Assembly: GCA_963748825.1 (NCBI GenBank)
Contig: CAVVKN010000009.1
Location: 224,001 to 288,000 of the forward strand
DNA length: 64,000 bases
DNA from: Methanotrichaceae archaeon
GTDB lineage: Archaea > Halobacteriota > Methanosarcinia > Methanotrichales > Methanotrichaceae
Direction of reading: 5' to 3'
The position numbers were made by a program, and so were the translations under genes. The notes beneath the pieces are model-generated. The model had not been told where the DNA came from. It saw nothing but the letters and a program-made list of their open reading frames with translations, and did no database searches. How positions within the stretch are numbered: the first letter of the stretch is position 1; each line of letters opens with the position of its first letter. Below, in pieces: positions 40,744 to 50,278 of this stretch.

Positions 40744-41909
40744 ATGAAGATATAGAAGATATTATGGTGGCCGTGGTAGGTGCTGGGCCAGCGGGCAGTT
40801 CTGCCGCAGAGGCTATCGCCGCTCAGGGCGTGGAGGTGTTGCTAATTGACAAGAAGAGCGAGATTGGCAGCCCCGTGCAATGCGGCGGATTTCTCCCGGA
40901 AGCTGTCGAGCTGGAGAAGCTCATGCCCCGCGCTCACCTGCCAGAGGCGCTAAGGGAGATTCCAGAGCGCATTATTTTGCATCGCACCAAATTGCAGCGC
41001 ATCTATTCACCCTCAGGGAATCACAAGCAATTTGCTGTAGCCGGCCGGGTCTTGGACAGGCGGGCATACGATCGCTACCTCGCCGCCCTGGCGGCAGGCG
41101 CCGGAGCGAGAGTTCTTCCCGCGACCTGCGCCCGCCTTGAGGAAGGCAAAGTGCTACTTTCCGGCCACTTCAACGGGAAAATCAGGCCGCAGATAATAAT
41201 AGGCGCAGACGGCCCGCACTCGATAGTATCCCGGGCCATGGGAAATCCGATACAAGAGACTGGCATCTGCCTGGAATATGAGATGGCAGATGTGAATATA
41301 GATCCAGAGGCCGCTGAGATGTACTTCTCGGCTCACTATGCGCCGGGAGGCTACGCCTGGATAATCCCCCTCGGTCAGGATATGGCCAATGTGGGCGTGG
41401 GAGTGCGGGCATCTTACCTGGCCGGCCAAAAGCTTCCCCTTATACTGGACCGGTTCATTCGCGAGCACAAAATTGCGGCAGAAAAGCTCGCGGGCGGAGA
41501 GGTTCTGGCTGTCATGAGGGGGTTGGTGCCCGCAGGCGGGACCGTTGGTGCTATCCAAAAAGACAACATGCTTTTGGCGGGAGACGCAGCCGGGCACGTC
41601 ATGGCCACCAGCGGGGGAGGCATACCATTGGCCGTGGTGGCGGGAAGGATTGTGGGAGAGGTGGCAATAGGACAGTTGCAGGGCAAAATGCCTCTCACCA
41701 ACTATCCGTCGCGCATTCGCGAAGAGTTCGGAATTGAGCTTTCTCGATCGGTTCAGATCAGGAAGATGGTGGATATGGCCATGAAGAGCGACCGGCTCAT
41801 GAATGCCCTCTTTGCCGCACTCAGCCCAGCACAGATGAAATCAGTAATGCGCGCTCAGATTCCGGTACCGCTCGCATCTCGCGCCTGGGTTCGGGAAGGA
41901 CTAGACTAG
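40740..41909 (+). CDS. Geranylgeranyl reductase family flavoprotein
   Basis: VVGAGPAG, IGSPVQCG, GADG, PGGYAWIIP, AGDAAG, GGGI. Confidence 0.9.
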   Translation: MNEDIEDIMVAVVGAGPAGSSAAEAIAAQGVEVLLIDKKSEIGSPVQCGGFLPEAVELEKLMPRAHLPEALREIPERIILHRTKLQRIYSPSGNHKQFAVAGRVLDRRAYDRYLAALAAGAGARVLPATCARLEEGKVLLSGHFNGKIRPQIIIGADGPHSIVSRAMGNPIQETGICLEYEMADVNIDPEAAEMYFSAHYAPGGYAWIIPLGQDMANVGVGVRASYLAGQKLPLILDRFIREHKIAAEKLAGGEVLAVMRGLVPAGGTVGAIQKDNMLLAGDAAGHVMATSGGGIPLAVVAGRIVGEVAIGQLQGKMPLTNYPSRIREEFGIELSRSVQIRKMVDMAMKSDRLMNALFAALSPAQMKSVMRAQIPVPLASRAWVREGLD

Positions 41910-41984
41910 CATAAAAAATTATTCGCGATAATAAAAGAGATTATAGCGGGAGGATGGACCGGCCACCCTACCGAATGCTACTAA

Positions 41985-42383
41985 TTATGCTTTCTCTTCT
42001 TTGGGTGTCTTGCCAAGCAGCTCTTCTATGGACTTGGCGCCTGCCTCCACGACTTTGACATTTATCTGGCCAATATCGGGAGAAATATCCCTTCCATGAA
42101 TGCTCATTCTCTTCTTCTTTCCATCGGCTACGGGATGATATCCGGTTCCCTTGGAGAGCAGGATTTTTCTGCGCTTTGTGCCGGGTAGATCTGCCCGCAT
42201 GGGAAATCCCTCGCGGTCGCTGCCGCCCGTTACCTGTACCGAGTAGCCGGGCATGCCCAGTGCATCTCCTTCAATCTTGTCGCCGATATGTTTTCCCAGA
42301 AGCTTGCCGGCTCCTGGATCCTTAAGCTCTACCTGATAGGCCTTACCGCTCTTCGGATCTGAGACTACGACTCTAAAATCCAT
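41985..42383 (-). CDS. rps6e: 30S ribosomal protein S6e
   Basis: FRVVVSDPKSG...IGDKI...TGGSD.EGFPM. Confidence 0.95.
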   Translation of the reverse strand: MDFRVVVSDPKSGKAYQVELKDPGAGKLLGKHIGDKIEGDALGMPGYSVQVTGGSDREGFPMRADLPGTKRRKILLSKGTGYHPVADGKKKRMSIHGRDISPDIGQINVKVVEAGAKSIEELLGKTPKEEKA

Positions 42384-42468
42384 CTTTCTTCCTCATCAAA
42401 TGTAAACGTGACTACTGTGTCTTGAGATCTATGCTCTATAAAACCTTATCTTGCCATAGGTGGCTCAA

Positions 42469-43461
42469 TCATTTCAGCTCATGGGTTTTAGAGTAGTCCA
42501 CCAGAATGGATATGGGCGCCGTCTTGATCTTTATCCCCAGCTCCTCGGCGGCCACCACCCCATTGACTCCTGCATAAAAGGCTATGCCGATCTTGCCCGC
42601 GCCCACGGGGCAGCCCAGTACGGGCTCGGACGGCTCACCGATTTTTATGAGCCCACCGAGGCCCGCGTTTCGAGTCTCATCTAAAAGAGCGCGCACAAGC
42701 GTTGCCGCCGCGTCGGGCACCTCTCTCACATTGGCCAGCACTGTTCCCGAACCTTTGAAGACGGCATCGGCAACACTTGTCACCCTGCGGCCCATAAAAA
42801 CCTTAATGGGATCAAGTGACGAGCCGGCATAGGCAATGAGGTCCGTGAAGTCAAAGGTCTGCCTTTCCCTGACTTCTGCCAGCCCCGCGAAGCTGGTGAG
42901 AACAGGAATTCCTCTTTTCATGAGCATGCCGTCCAGAGTGATGCTGCACAGCGTTGCTATGCCCAAAGCTCCTTTTGGAATCTCGATAGTTGAGAAGCTC
43001 TCTCCCTCATCCAGGATGAGCACGCGACGGCTTATGGTGTAGCCTGCGTCGAAAGCGTGCCCAAGTATCTCGAAGACCTCTTCCGCATTTGCTTTGTCGA
43101 TGATGCTGGTATTGGCGATTACATCTCCTTGACCGGACTTAGGATCGAAACTGGTCTTGAACATATATTCTTCAATCCTGGTATTGACAAAGCCTATCCG
43201 GTCGTCGACAAGGGCGTCGCCCAGCTCCCTTGACCCCAGAGGTGTGAGCACCCGGCCGCTGTAGCCTTTCTTCTTGGTGAATCCCAGCTCGTCCAGGATC
43301 TTGAGGTTGTAGCGCACAGCCCTCTCTCCCAGGTCATAGCCGCGACTACTAAGGCAATCAGAGATCGCTCTGGCCCCCACCGGGGTGCCTGTGTTTTCGA
43401 TAACGCGCAGGATCTCAATTAGCCTTCTCTGGCTCACATGCGCCTTGGTGAGAAGCTTCAT
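42469..43461 (-). CDS. nrpR: NrpR-family regulator (wHTH plus one NRD/DUF128 domain)
   Basis: IEILRVI..PVGARAIS..GYDLGERAVRYNL..LDELG; TLCSITLDG; IAYAGSSLDP; LANVREVP. Confidence 0.85.
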   Translation of the reverse strand: MKLLTKAHVSQRRLIEILRVIENTGTPVGARAISDCLSSRGYDLGERAVRYNLKILDELGFTKKKGYSGRVLTPLGSRELGDALVDDRIGFVNTRIEEYMFKTSFDPKSGQGDVIANTSIIDKANAEEVFEILGHAFDAGYTISRRVLILDEGESFSTIEIPKGALGIATLCSITLDGMLMKRGIPVLTSFAGLAEVRERQTFDFTDLIAYAGSSLDPIKVFMGRRVTSVADAVFKGSGTVLANVREVPDAAATLVRALLDETRNAGLGGLIKIGEPSEPVLGCPVGAGKIGIAFYAGVNGVVAAEELGIKIKTAPISILVDYSKTHELK

Positions 43462-43545
43462 CTTCCTTGCTCCTCCGGGAAAGGCCATATATATCTTATG
43501 CGGATAACACTTGCCCGGCTTAAAACCCGGAAAAGATAAAATCAT

Positions 43546-43618
43546 AGTCCCGTGGGGTAGCGGTCAATCCTGAGGGCCTTTGGAGCCCGCGACGGCGGTT
43601 CGAATCCGCCCGGGACTA
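43546..43618 (+). tRNA. tRNA-Gln(TTG)
   Basis: Acceptor AGTCCCG/CGGGACT, anticodon loop CTTTGGA, T-arm GGTTCGAATCC. Confidence 0.93.
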
Positions 43619-43715
43619 CTTCCAACCTTAAAACCATTGGAAACGTAGATATATTCGCTCATATCTATGAGGTGAAGGCCGGTCCATGTTTTGGCCTGGC
43701 ATCAAGACGGCAATT

Positions 43716-43790
43716 GCTCCGGTAGTGTAGCCCGGCCAATCATTTCGGCCTTTCAAGCCGAAGACTCGGGTTCAAATCCCGGCCGGAGCA
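43716..43790 (+). tRNA. tRNA-Glu(TTC)
   Basis: Acceptor GCTCCGG/CCGGAGC, anticodon loop CTTTCAA, T-arm GGTTCAAATCC. Confidence 0.93.
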
Positions 43791-43972
43791 TTTTATTATC
43801 AACTAATTTTTGCCGAATACCTGGATTTTGAGTAATAGCATCTGCCATCCGTCTCGTGTGAAGAAAAGAGGATTTCCGCGCGAAGACTGCCCCCGACGAG
43901 TTATGCATCTTTTCAGCATCCAATAATTAAATGGGTCCATAGGTATTGATTGTATCCAAAACTCCCGACATA

Positions 43973-44209
43973 TTTATATTCCATAAGCCGGAAGATTGGG
44001 ATTGTGCCTGAGCAAAATACTCAAATATGAGCGAAGAAGCATGTGAGTCAGGTACCCCACACGACAAAGCACCAATATGGCGGCTTTTGCGGGTTTATAC
44101 CCAGGCAAGGGCTGGCTAATCTTTGTCGGCGTGGTGCCAGGGATTTAGGCCACGACTGATGGCTTGGATCCTGAAGCGTTGATGTTTAACCTAAGGAGGT
44201 GGGAAAGAA
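43973..44209 (+). promoter_or_regulatory. TATA box plus ~200-nt structured leader of array copy 1
   Basis: TTTATAT at 43973; GTGCCTGA at 44004 pairs with TCAGGTAC at 44048; GGAT...GATCC hairpin before AGGAGG. Confidence 0.6.
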
Positions 44210-44938
44210 ATGAGAAAATTAATAGCTGTTTTGGTTATTATCGCCATGGCCGTAGTAGGCATGGCCGGTGCCGCAAATTACATGTACGAAAAGGCATCGA
44301 TCAAGGGCGTAGGATACAAGAACGTAGAGATGATCATTTCCACCCAGTATGGCTTTATGGGCCAGAAGCTGGTAGAGAAAGAGTCCGGTTCCGGTAACGT
44401 CATCACCGAGAGGACTGAGCTTGAGGCTGAGAGACAGCTCGATAGGCTCGGCAACTCACTTGGTGTCTGCCCGTGGCCAACCGGAAGTGTCCCCATGGAC
44501 TACATCAACTTCACCAAGGAAGCTGAGTTCGAGTACATGCCCGTCTCTTACCAGACCGGCACCTACGACCAGAAGTGGGTAGAGAAGTTGTGCGTGCAGA
44601 ACTACAGAATCGGCGCTGTGCTGACTGAGATGTACACCCATGCTGAGCACCTGCAGAAGACCACCGAGGTCAAGACCCGCGGATACGGCAATACTCTAGT
44701 TACTGCCTGCTGCACCGGTGTTCTCGAGGCTAACCTGAACAGCAACGTCATCGGCGTTGCCCACATCGGCTGGATCTCCAGGGACCCCATGGCTGAAAAC
44801 AACCTCAAGGGCCGCCATGCTGAGTACGGCAGATCTGTCGAGGACCTGACTGGCGTCTTCTCCATCGAGAAGTTCATCCAGCTCTGGGGCAACTCCACAT
44901 GCGGCGCAATCAGCGTTGACTGGCTGCCCTGCGTGTAA
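44210..44938 (+). CDS. Secreted Cys-rich beta protein, copy 1 (putative major sheath protein, MspA-like)
   Basis: Signal peptide ending GMAGA; 6 Cys in mature part; strong C-ending codon bias similar to the S-layer gene; AGGAGG RBS. Confidence 0.7.
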   Translation: MRKLIAVLVIIAMAVVGMAGAANYMYEKASIKGVGYKNVEMIISTQYGFMGQKLVEKESGSGNVITERTELEAERQLDRLGNSLGVCPWPTGSVPMDYINFTKEAEFEYMPVSYQTGTYDQKWVEKLCVQNYRIGAVLTEMYTHAEHLQKTTEVKTRGYGNTLVTACCTGVLEANLNSNVIGVAHIGWISRDPMAENNLKGRHAEYGRSVEDLTGVFSIEKFIQLWGNSTCGAISVDWLPCV

Positions 44939-44964
44939 ATAGAAATCTGTAACAATCGAATCTG

Positions 44965-45004
44965 GCTCCGGGCTCTTAAGCCTGGAGTTAAATTTGTTTT
45001 TTTG
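44965..45004 (+). terminator. Hairpin plus T-tract after copy 1
   Basis: CTCCGGGC...GCCTGGAG then T run; equivalent hairpins follow copies 2 (46191) and 3 (47282). Confidence 0.65.
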
Positions 45005-45158
45005 CTTCTTATTTGGACGGGCTTCCCATCGTATTATGCAGAAATCTCTATGCAAGAGATTCCTAAATCATGGGATGCAGGTCACTTGCAATAGAAGAAA
45101 ACAAGCAATAGAAGCACATATATTGGACGACAAAATTCTCTTTTTCATGCTCGATAGG

Positions 45159-45434
45159 TTTATATGCCATTAACCTAATCAGAAATGTTGTGCCTGAAAA
45201 ACACACTCAATGGAATCATAGGGTCAGGCGTCTCACGCCGAATAGGGTGGCATTTGACGCTTTCGGCCGATGCTTTAGAGCAAAGCCGAACCAAGCGGTT
45301 TCATCTTTTCTGGTGGAACACTCCCGAATCTTCGATGAGGGATTCTGCTATCCAATCGGGGTGATGTACTGAAGGATCATTCGTTGCTGTCAAAGAGCAG
45401 CCTTCGATCCTCATGTAAAGGAGGTGGGAAAGAA
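45159..45434 (+). promoter_or_regulatory. TATA box plus structured leader of copy 2
   Basis: TTTATAT at 45159; GTGCCTGA at 45190; TCAGGCGT at 45224; GGATC..GTTGCT..AGCAGC..GATCC hairpin. Confidence 0.6.
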
Positions 45435-46163
45435 ATGAGAAAGTTAATAGCTGTTTTGGTTATTATCGCCATGGCCGTAGTAGGCATGGCCGGTGCAGCA
45501 AATTACATGTACGAAAAGGCATCGGTCAAGGGCGTTGGATACAAGAACGTAGAGATGATCATTTCCACCCAGTATGGCTTTATGGGCCAGAAGCTGGTAG
45601 AGAAAGAGTCCGGTTCCGGTAACGTCATCACCGAGAGGACTGAGCTTGAGGCTGAGAGGCAGCTCGATAGGCTCGGCAACTCACTTGGTGTCTGCGCGTG
45701 GCCAACCGGAAGTGTCCCAATGGACTACATCAACTTCACCAAGGAAGCTGAGTTCGAGTACATGCCCGTCTCTTACCAGACCGGCACCTACGACCAGAAG
45801 TGGGTTGAGAAGTTGTGCGTGCAGAACTACAGAATCGGCGCTGTGCTGACTGAGATGTACACCCATGCTGAGCACCTGCAGAAGACCACCGAGGTCAAGA
45901 CCCGGGGATACGGCAATACTCTAGTTACTGCTTGCTGCACCGGTGTTCTCGAGGCTAACCTGAACAGCAACGTCATCGGCGTTGCACACATCGGCTGGAT
46001 CTCCAGGGACCCACTCGCTGAAAACAACCTCAAGGGCCGCCATGCTGAGTACGGCAGATCTGTCGAGGACCTGACTGGCGTCTTCTCCATCGAGAAGTTC
46101 ATCCAGCTCTGGGGCAACTCCACATGCGGCGCAATCAGCGTTGACTGGCTGCCCTGCGTGTAA
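45435..46163 (+). CDS. Secreted Cys-rich beta protein, copy 2
   Basis: Differs from copy 1 at three residues (I>V, P>A, M>L). Confidence 0.7.
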   Translation: MRKLIAVLVIIAMAVVGMAGAANYMYEKASVKGVGYKNVEMIISTQYGFMGQKLVEKESGSGNVITERTELEAERQLDRLGNSLGVCAWPTGSVPMDYINFTKEAEFEYMPVSYQTGTYDQKWVEKLCVQNYRIGAVLTEMYTHAEHLQKTTEVKTRGYGNTLVTACCTGVLEANLNSNVIGVAHIGWISRDPLAENNLKGRHAEYGRSVEDLTGVFSIEKFIQLWGNSTCGAISVDWLPCV

Positions 46164-46307
46164 ATAGAAATCTGTAACAATCAAATCTGGCTCCGGGCTC
46201 TAAGCCCGGAGTTCAAAATATATTTTTAATCATCGTTTCTTAAAAACGGTATCAATTATATTTTTGATTTCGTCGCATTGCCAAAAAAGCAGCTCTCGCT
46301 CGATAAA

Positions 46308-46528
46308 TTTATATGCCATTAGCCTGATTAGTAGAATCGTGCCTGAGAGACGTTTTCAATTGCCCGATCAAAAACATGGGGCCAGGCGCCTCACGCCGTG
46401 GAGGATCGCACGCAATTGTTCCTTCAGATGCGATAACGCGGTCCGCAGTCCAATCGGGGTGATACATTAGGGATCATTCGTTGCTTTTAATGCAGCTCTC
46501 GATCCGGATGAAAAGAGGAGGGAAAGAA
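46308..46528 (+). promoter_or_regulatory. TATA box plus structured leader of copy 3
   Basis: TTTATAT at 46308; GTGCCTGA at 46339; CCAGGCGC at 46382; GGATC..GTTGC..GCAGC..GATCC hairpin. Confidence 0.6.
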
Positions 46529-47257
46529 ATGAGAAAACTGATAGCTGTTTTGGTTATTATCGCCATGGCCGTAGTAGGCATGGCCGGTGCAGCAAATTAC
46601 ATGTACGAAAAGGCATCGATCAAGGGCGTTGGATACAAGAACGTAGAGATGATCATTTCCACCCAGTATGGCTTTATGGGCCAGAAGCTGGTAGAGAAAG
46701 AGTCCGGTTCCGGTAACGTCATCACCGAGAGGACTGAGCTTGAGGCTGAGAGGCAGCTCGATAGGCTCGGCAACTCACTTGGTGTCTGCGCGTGGCCAAC
46801 CGGAAGTGTCCCCATGGACTACATCAACTTCACCAAGGAAGCTGAGTTCGAGTACATGCCCGTCTCTTACCAGACCGGCACCTACGATCAGAAGTGGGTT
46901 GAGAAGTTGTGCGTGCAGAACTACAGAATCGGCGCTGTGCTGACTGAGATGTACACCCATGCTGAGCACCTCCAGAAGACCACCGAGGTCAAGACCCGGG
47001 GATACGGCAATACTCTAGTTACTGCTTGCTGTACCGGTGTTCTCGAGGCTAACCTGAACAGCAACGTCATCGGTGTTGCACACATCGGCTGGATCTCCAG
47101 GGACCCACTCGCTGAAAACAACCTCAAGGGCCGCCATGCTGAGTACGGCAGATCTGTCGAGGACCTGACTGGCGTCTTCTCCATCGAGAAGTTCATCCAG
47201 CTCTGGGGCAACTCCACATGCGGCGCAATCAGCGTTGACTGGCTGCCCTGCGTGTAA
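46529..47257 (+). CDS. Secreted Cys-rich beta protein, copy 3
   Basis: Differs from copy 2 at one residue (V>I). Confidence 0.7.
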   Translation: MRKLIAVLVIIAMAVVGMAGAANYMYEKASIKGVGYKNVEMIISTQYGFMGQKLVEKESGSGNVITERTELEAERQLDRLGNSLGVCAWPTGSVPMDYINFTKEAEFEYMPVSYQTGTYDQKWVEKLCVQNYRIGAVLTEMYTHAEHLQKTTEVKTRGYGNTLVTACCTGVLEANLNSNVIGVAHIGWISRDPLAENNLKGRHAEYGRSVEDLTGVFSIEKFIQLWGNSTCGAISVDWLPCV

Positions 47258-47375
47258 ATAGAAATCTGTAACATTAATCAGGCTTCGGGCTGCAAAGCCC
47301 GGAGTTCATATTATTCTTTTTAATTATCTTTCTATATTCTTGATTTCGTCGCGTTGCCAAAAAGCAGCTCTCGCC

Positions 47376-47822
47376 CAAGGGCGTAGGATACTGATCATTT
47401 TCACCCAGACCGGCTTTAACGACCAGACGTGGGTAAGAGAAACTGTGCGCGCAGAACTACAGGATCAACGCTGTGTTGACTGAGGTGTTCACCCATGCCG
47501 CGCTATCTGCAAAAGACCACCGAGGTCAAGACCAGAGGCCATAGCACTGCATGGAACCATGAAATCAGCAGACCGACGCGCAATGGGCGCCTCCGCTGCA
47601 CAGGTGTTCTTGAAGCGATCCGGAACAGCAGCGTCATCGCTTTGCCCACATCGTTTGGATCTCTCGCGACCACAATGCTGACCTATAGCTGAAAGGCCGT
47701 CATACTGAGTGCGGCAGATCTGTCGAGGACCTGACTGCCGTCTTCTCCATCGAGAAGTCATCTGGCTCTGGGGCAACTCCACATGCGGCGCCGTCAGCGT
47801 TGACTGGCTGCCTTGCCTGTAA
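47376..47822 (+). pseudogene. Promoterless, degraded fourth tandem copy with a longer variable loop
   Basis: CAAGGGCGTAGGATAC start; internal deletion joined at CCAG; LQKTTEVKTRG..CTGVLEA retained; indels in the 3' part. Confidence 0.85.
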
Positions 47823-48076
47823 ATGGATCAATTATAAATTTTTTAGGTATATCGCGTCGGATTTTCTTTCCTGGATGCAAAATCCGGCCGAAAGTAAGAT
47901 ACTTATGTGCCGTCGTGAGCGCGGATCGACTTTTTCCCGTGCAAATAACAGATAGATTTATATCAAATAAAAACGCCAGAGTATCACTGTAGTTTAAAGA
48001 TCGCACATAAAGCGATAAAGCATCTACACAAAAGGGATAAGAAATTTGTTGCATTAACATCGGGGGTGAATGTAGC

Positions 48077-48871
48077 ATGAAGGGAGTAGTAGGAATAGTT
48101 GTACTTGCAATTGCCCTTATGGGGCTATGTGGTACTGTGATGGCCAATCCGCCCATAGTTCCACCCGTACAGTATGAGCAATTTTGTGAAAATCATAAGG
48201 TATCCGGAACGGGAATTATCGATGTCAGCACATCGGTAATCGACAAAAAAATAGCACTCGAGTATTTCAACACCATGAATGGCGACGGAGATCTCGAGTT
48301 GGACCAGGAGACCGCATATTCACAGGATGCCGACAAGCTGAAGAGGAATGTATCCTCAGTCAATGGTGGAAATGAATCCGGTCTAAATCTCATCCAGTCC
48401 ACTAAGCTGACCTATGCTGGCGAGACGCCCTTGACCGGCGGCAAGCTCCTCAACTCCAAGGCCTTCTATGGAGGCATGGGTGCCAATGTGCAGGAGCTTT
48501 TCTCAGTAAATGAGATGGAACAGGATCAGACCGCGTTCTTTGCCTCAACCACGCCCTATGAGTCAGACTACGGCGCACCGGAGAATCTGCCCAACTTGCT
48601 CAAGAATGCCGGCAGAGACACCGATACAGTCGAGAAGCTCATGACGGCTAAAAATGGTGTATATGTTCCGTCCCATCTGATTGGTCTCGAGACCAAGAAC
48701 TCCTTCAATGGTACCTGGGGCACGGACGCAACCTGGCATAAGATATTCTACAAGGACATAAAGGCCCACGAGATGTTCACAGGTGTGTTCGAAGCCGAGA
48801 AGACCATTAAGTTCCATGAGAACCCGGTGCCTGATAGAATCCGTGCGCCGTGCGAAGGCATAGACTGCTAG
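48077..48871 (+). CDS. Secreted protein, distant homologue of the array subunit (putative minor subunit)
   Basis: Signal peptide; ENHKVSGTG, GANVQELF, EMFTGVFEAEKTIKF align with subunit motifs; C-terminal CEGIDC. Confidence 0.7.
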   Translation: MKGVVGIVVLAIALMGLCGTVMANPPIVPPVQYEQFCENHKVSGTGIIDVSTSVIDKKIALEYFNTMNGDGDLELDQETAYSQDADKLKRNVSSVNGGNESGLNLIQSTKLTYAGETPLTGGKLLNSKAFYGGMGANVQELFSVNEMEQDQTAFFASTTPYESDYGAPENLPNLLKNAGRDTDTVEKLMTAKNGVYVPSHLIGLETKNSFNGTWGTDATWHKIFYKDIKAHEMFTGVFEAEKTIKFHENPVPDRIRAPCEGIDC

Positions 48872-48931
48872 GCCGAGAAAGCCTGCAGTTTTTTCTATTT
48901 TTTTTTAAAAGCTTTATGTTGGGGGGTTAGC

Positions 48932-50110
48932 ATGAAAAGACAAATGATTTGGATAATGATAATATTCATCCTGACGGCAGCCCCGGTAGCGGCAACGGTT
49001 GAGGACTCGGGCATGGCTCCTGGTGATGTTTCGAGCAGCCTCGGGACTGGTTTCACATCGCCAACTTTGCCTGCATTTCTGCCCAGCCCCTGTTCCGGTG
49101 ATTCCGGTAGCCTCACCGTGAGCGTCGGCCTTACCGGGCCAGAGTCAGAGCCGGATAAATTGTATACAACCCCAGGCAAACCACTGGACTTCATGGTCAC
49201 GGTAAGTAACGATGGTAGAACGGAGGTGGAGGCACAGGTCGGCGTCAAGCCGGAGGGCTGTCCTTTTGTTTGGTTTAGCTGGACGACCACTCCCATGACC
49301 ATTCCGGCAGGAGTCTCTCGCTCGGTGGCCCTGCAAGTTTTTCCGGATACAAACGCAGTAGCCGGAGAGTACAGATTCGCGGTGGAGGCCTCGGCCAAAT
49401 GCCGTAGCTCTGGGCAAAGAGATGCGAAATTCAAGGTGCAAGCATTCGACTACGCCTCAGAGACCACTGTCGCCGGCACGGGCCAGTTTCAGATGAATAA
49501 AGACCTCAGATCCATGAACTCCGGTATCAAATCCACCAAAAACGTGCTGTTTTCCGGCAGCGTGGATGCCCTGGTGAAGAACGAATACCTGGTGGACGCT
49601 GCAAAGGGCAAGAATGCCAACTTCCAGGAACAGGATGCAGTTGACAACTACAATGCCGTCTCTCTTGGGGATGCGCTTGTAGGAACAGAGAGCTTCAAGA
49701 GTTCAGCGATCTTCGGAGGAGTGGGTGCCAAAGTCAAAGAGAGCTACGATGTGCAGCAGATGGAGTTCAAGAACCAGGATTTCACACTGCATCAGACGGG
49801 ATCTCTAAAGAAGACGGCAGAGTTCAAGACGATGGACAACTTCACTGGATATTACCTGATAGATGCTAAGCAGGTAATTCCCGGTCAGAAGAATCTGAAG
49901 GAGTTTGAGGAGTATTTCGGATCATTTGAGATCAATAGGAGAATACTCTTCCGGGATGACACAAAATCCAGGACGCCATGCCAGGAAGGAGACTGTCTGA
50001 AAGCGCCAAGCATTAAGACACCAACACCAATCAGTCCCAGCTTTACCAGCCCCTGCTTAAGCGGCTCATGCAACGACTTCGTGAACCGACTGAATTCATT
50101 CGGCAAGTGA
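48932..50110 (+). CDS. Secreted protein: Ig-like domain plus array-subunit-like domain, Cys-rich tail
   Basis: PGKPLDFMVTVSNDG...IPAGVSRSVALQV...AGEYRFAVEA Ig-like pattern; ETTVAGTG, GAKVKESY, EEYFGSFEINRRILF. Confidence 0.7.
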   Translation: MKRQMIWIMIIFILTAAPVAATVEDSGMAPGDVSSSLGTGFTSPTLPAFLPSPCSGDSGSLTVSVGLTGPESEPDKLYTTPGKPLDFMVTVSNDGRTEVEAQVGVKPEGCPFVWFSWTTTPMTIPAGVSRSVALQVFPDTNAVAGEYRFAVEASAKCRSSGQRDAKFKVQAFDYASETTVAGTGQFQMNKDLRSMNSGIKSTKNVLFSGSVDALVKNEYLVDAAKGKNANFQEQDAVDNYNAVSLGDALVGTESFKSSAIFGGVGAKVKESYDVQQMEFKNQDFTLHQTGSLKKTAEFKTMDNFTGYYLIDAKQVIPGQKNLKEFEEYFGSFEINRRILFRDDTKSRTPCQEGDCLKAPSIKTPTPISPSFTSPCLSGSCNDFVNRLNSFGK

Positions 50111-50278
50111 GCATGGGCGTTCCTTTTTTTTATTTTCCACGGATTTAGGCGGCCAAAACATTAAAATAGCCTCCAGAGAACCTGTACCAGGGTGCTAGGG
50201 TATCAGGAGAGTGAAAGCCTGGGATTTTTTAAATGTGCCCGATTCAGGGACAAACCAGGCTAGAGGAGGTAGTGTGGA

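Noticed and set aside
43546-43790. tRNA genes as integration site of an island carrying the array
   Set aside because: No duplicated tRNA 3' end and no integrase seen; the array has host-like highly expressed codon usage
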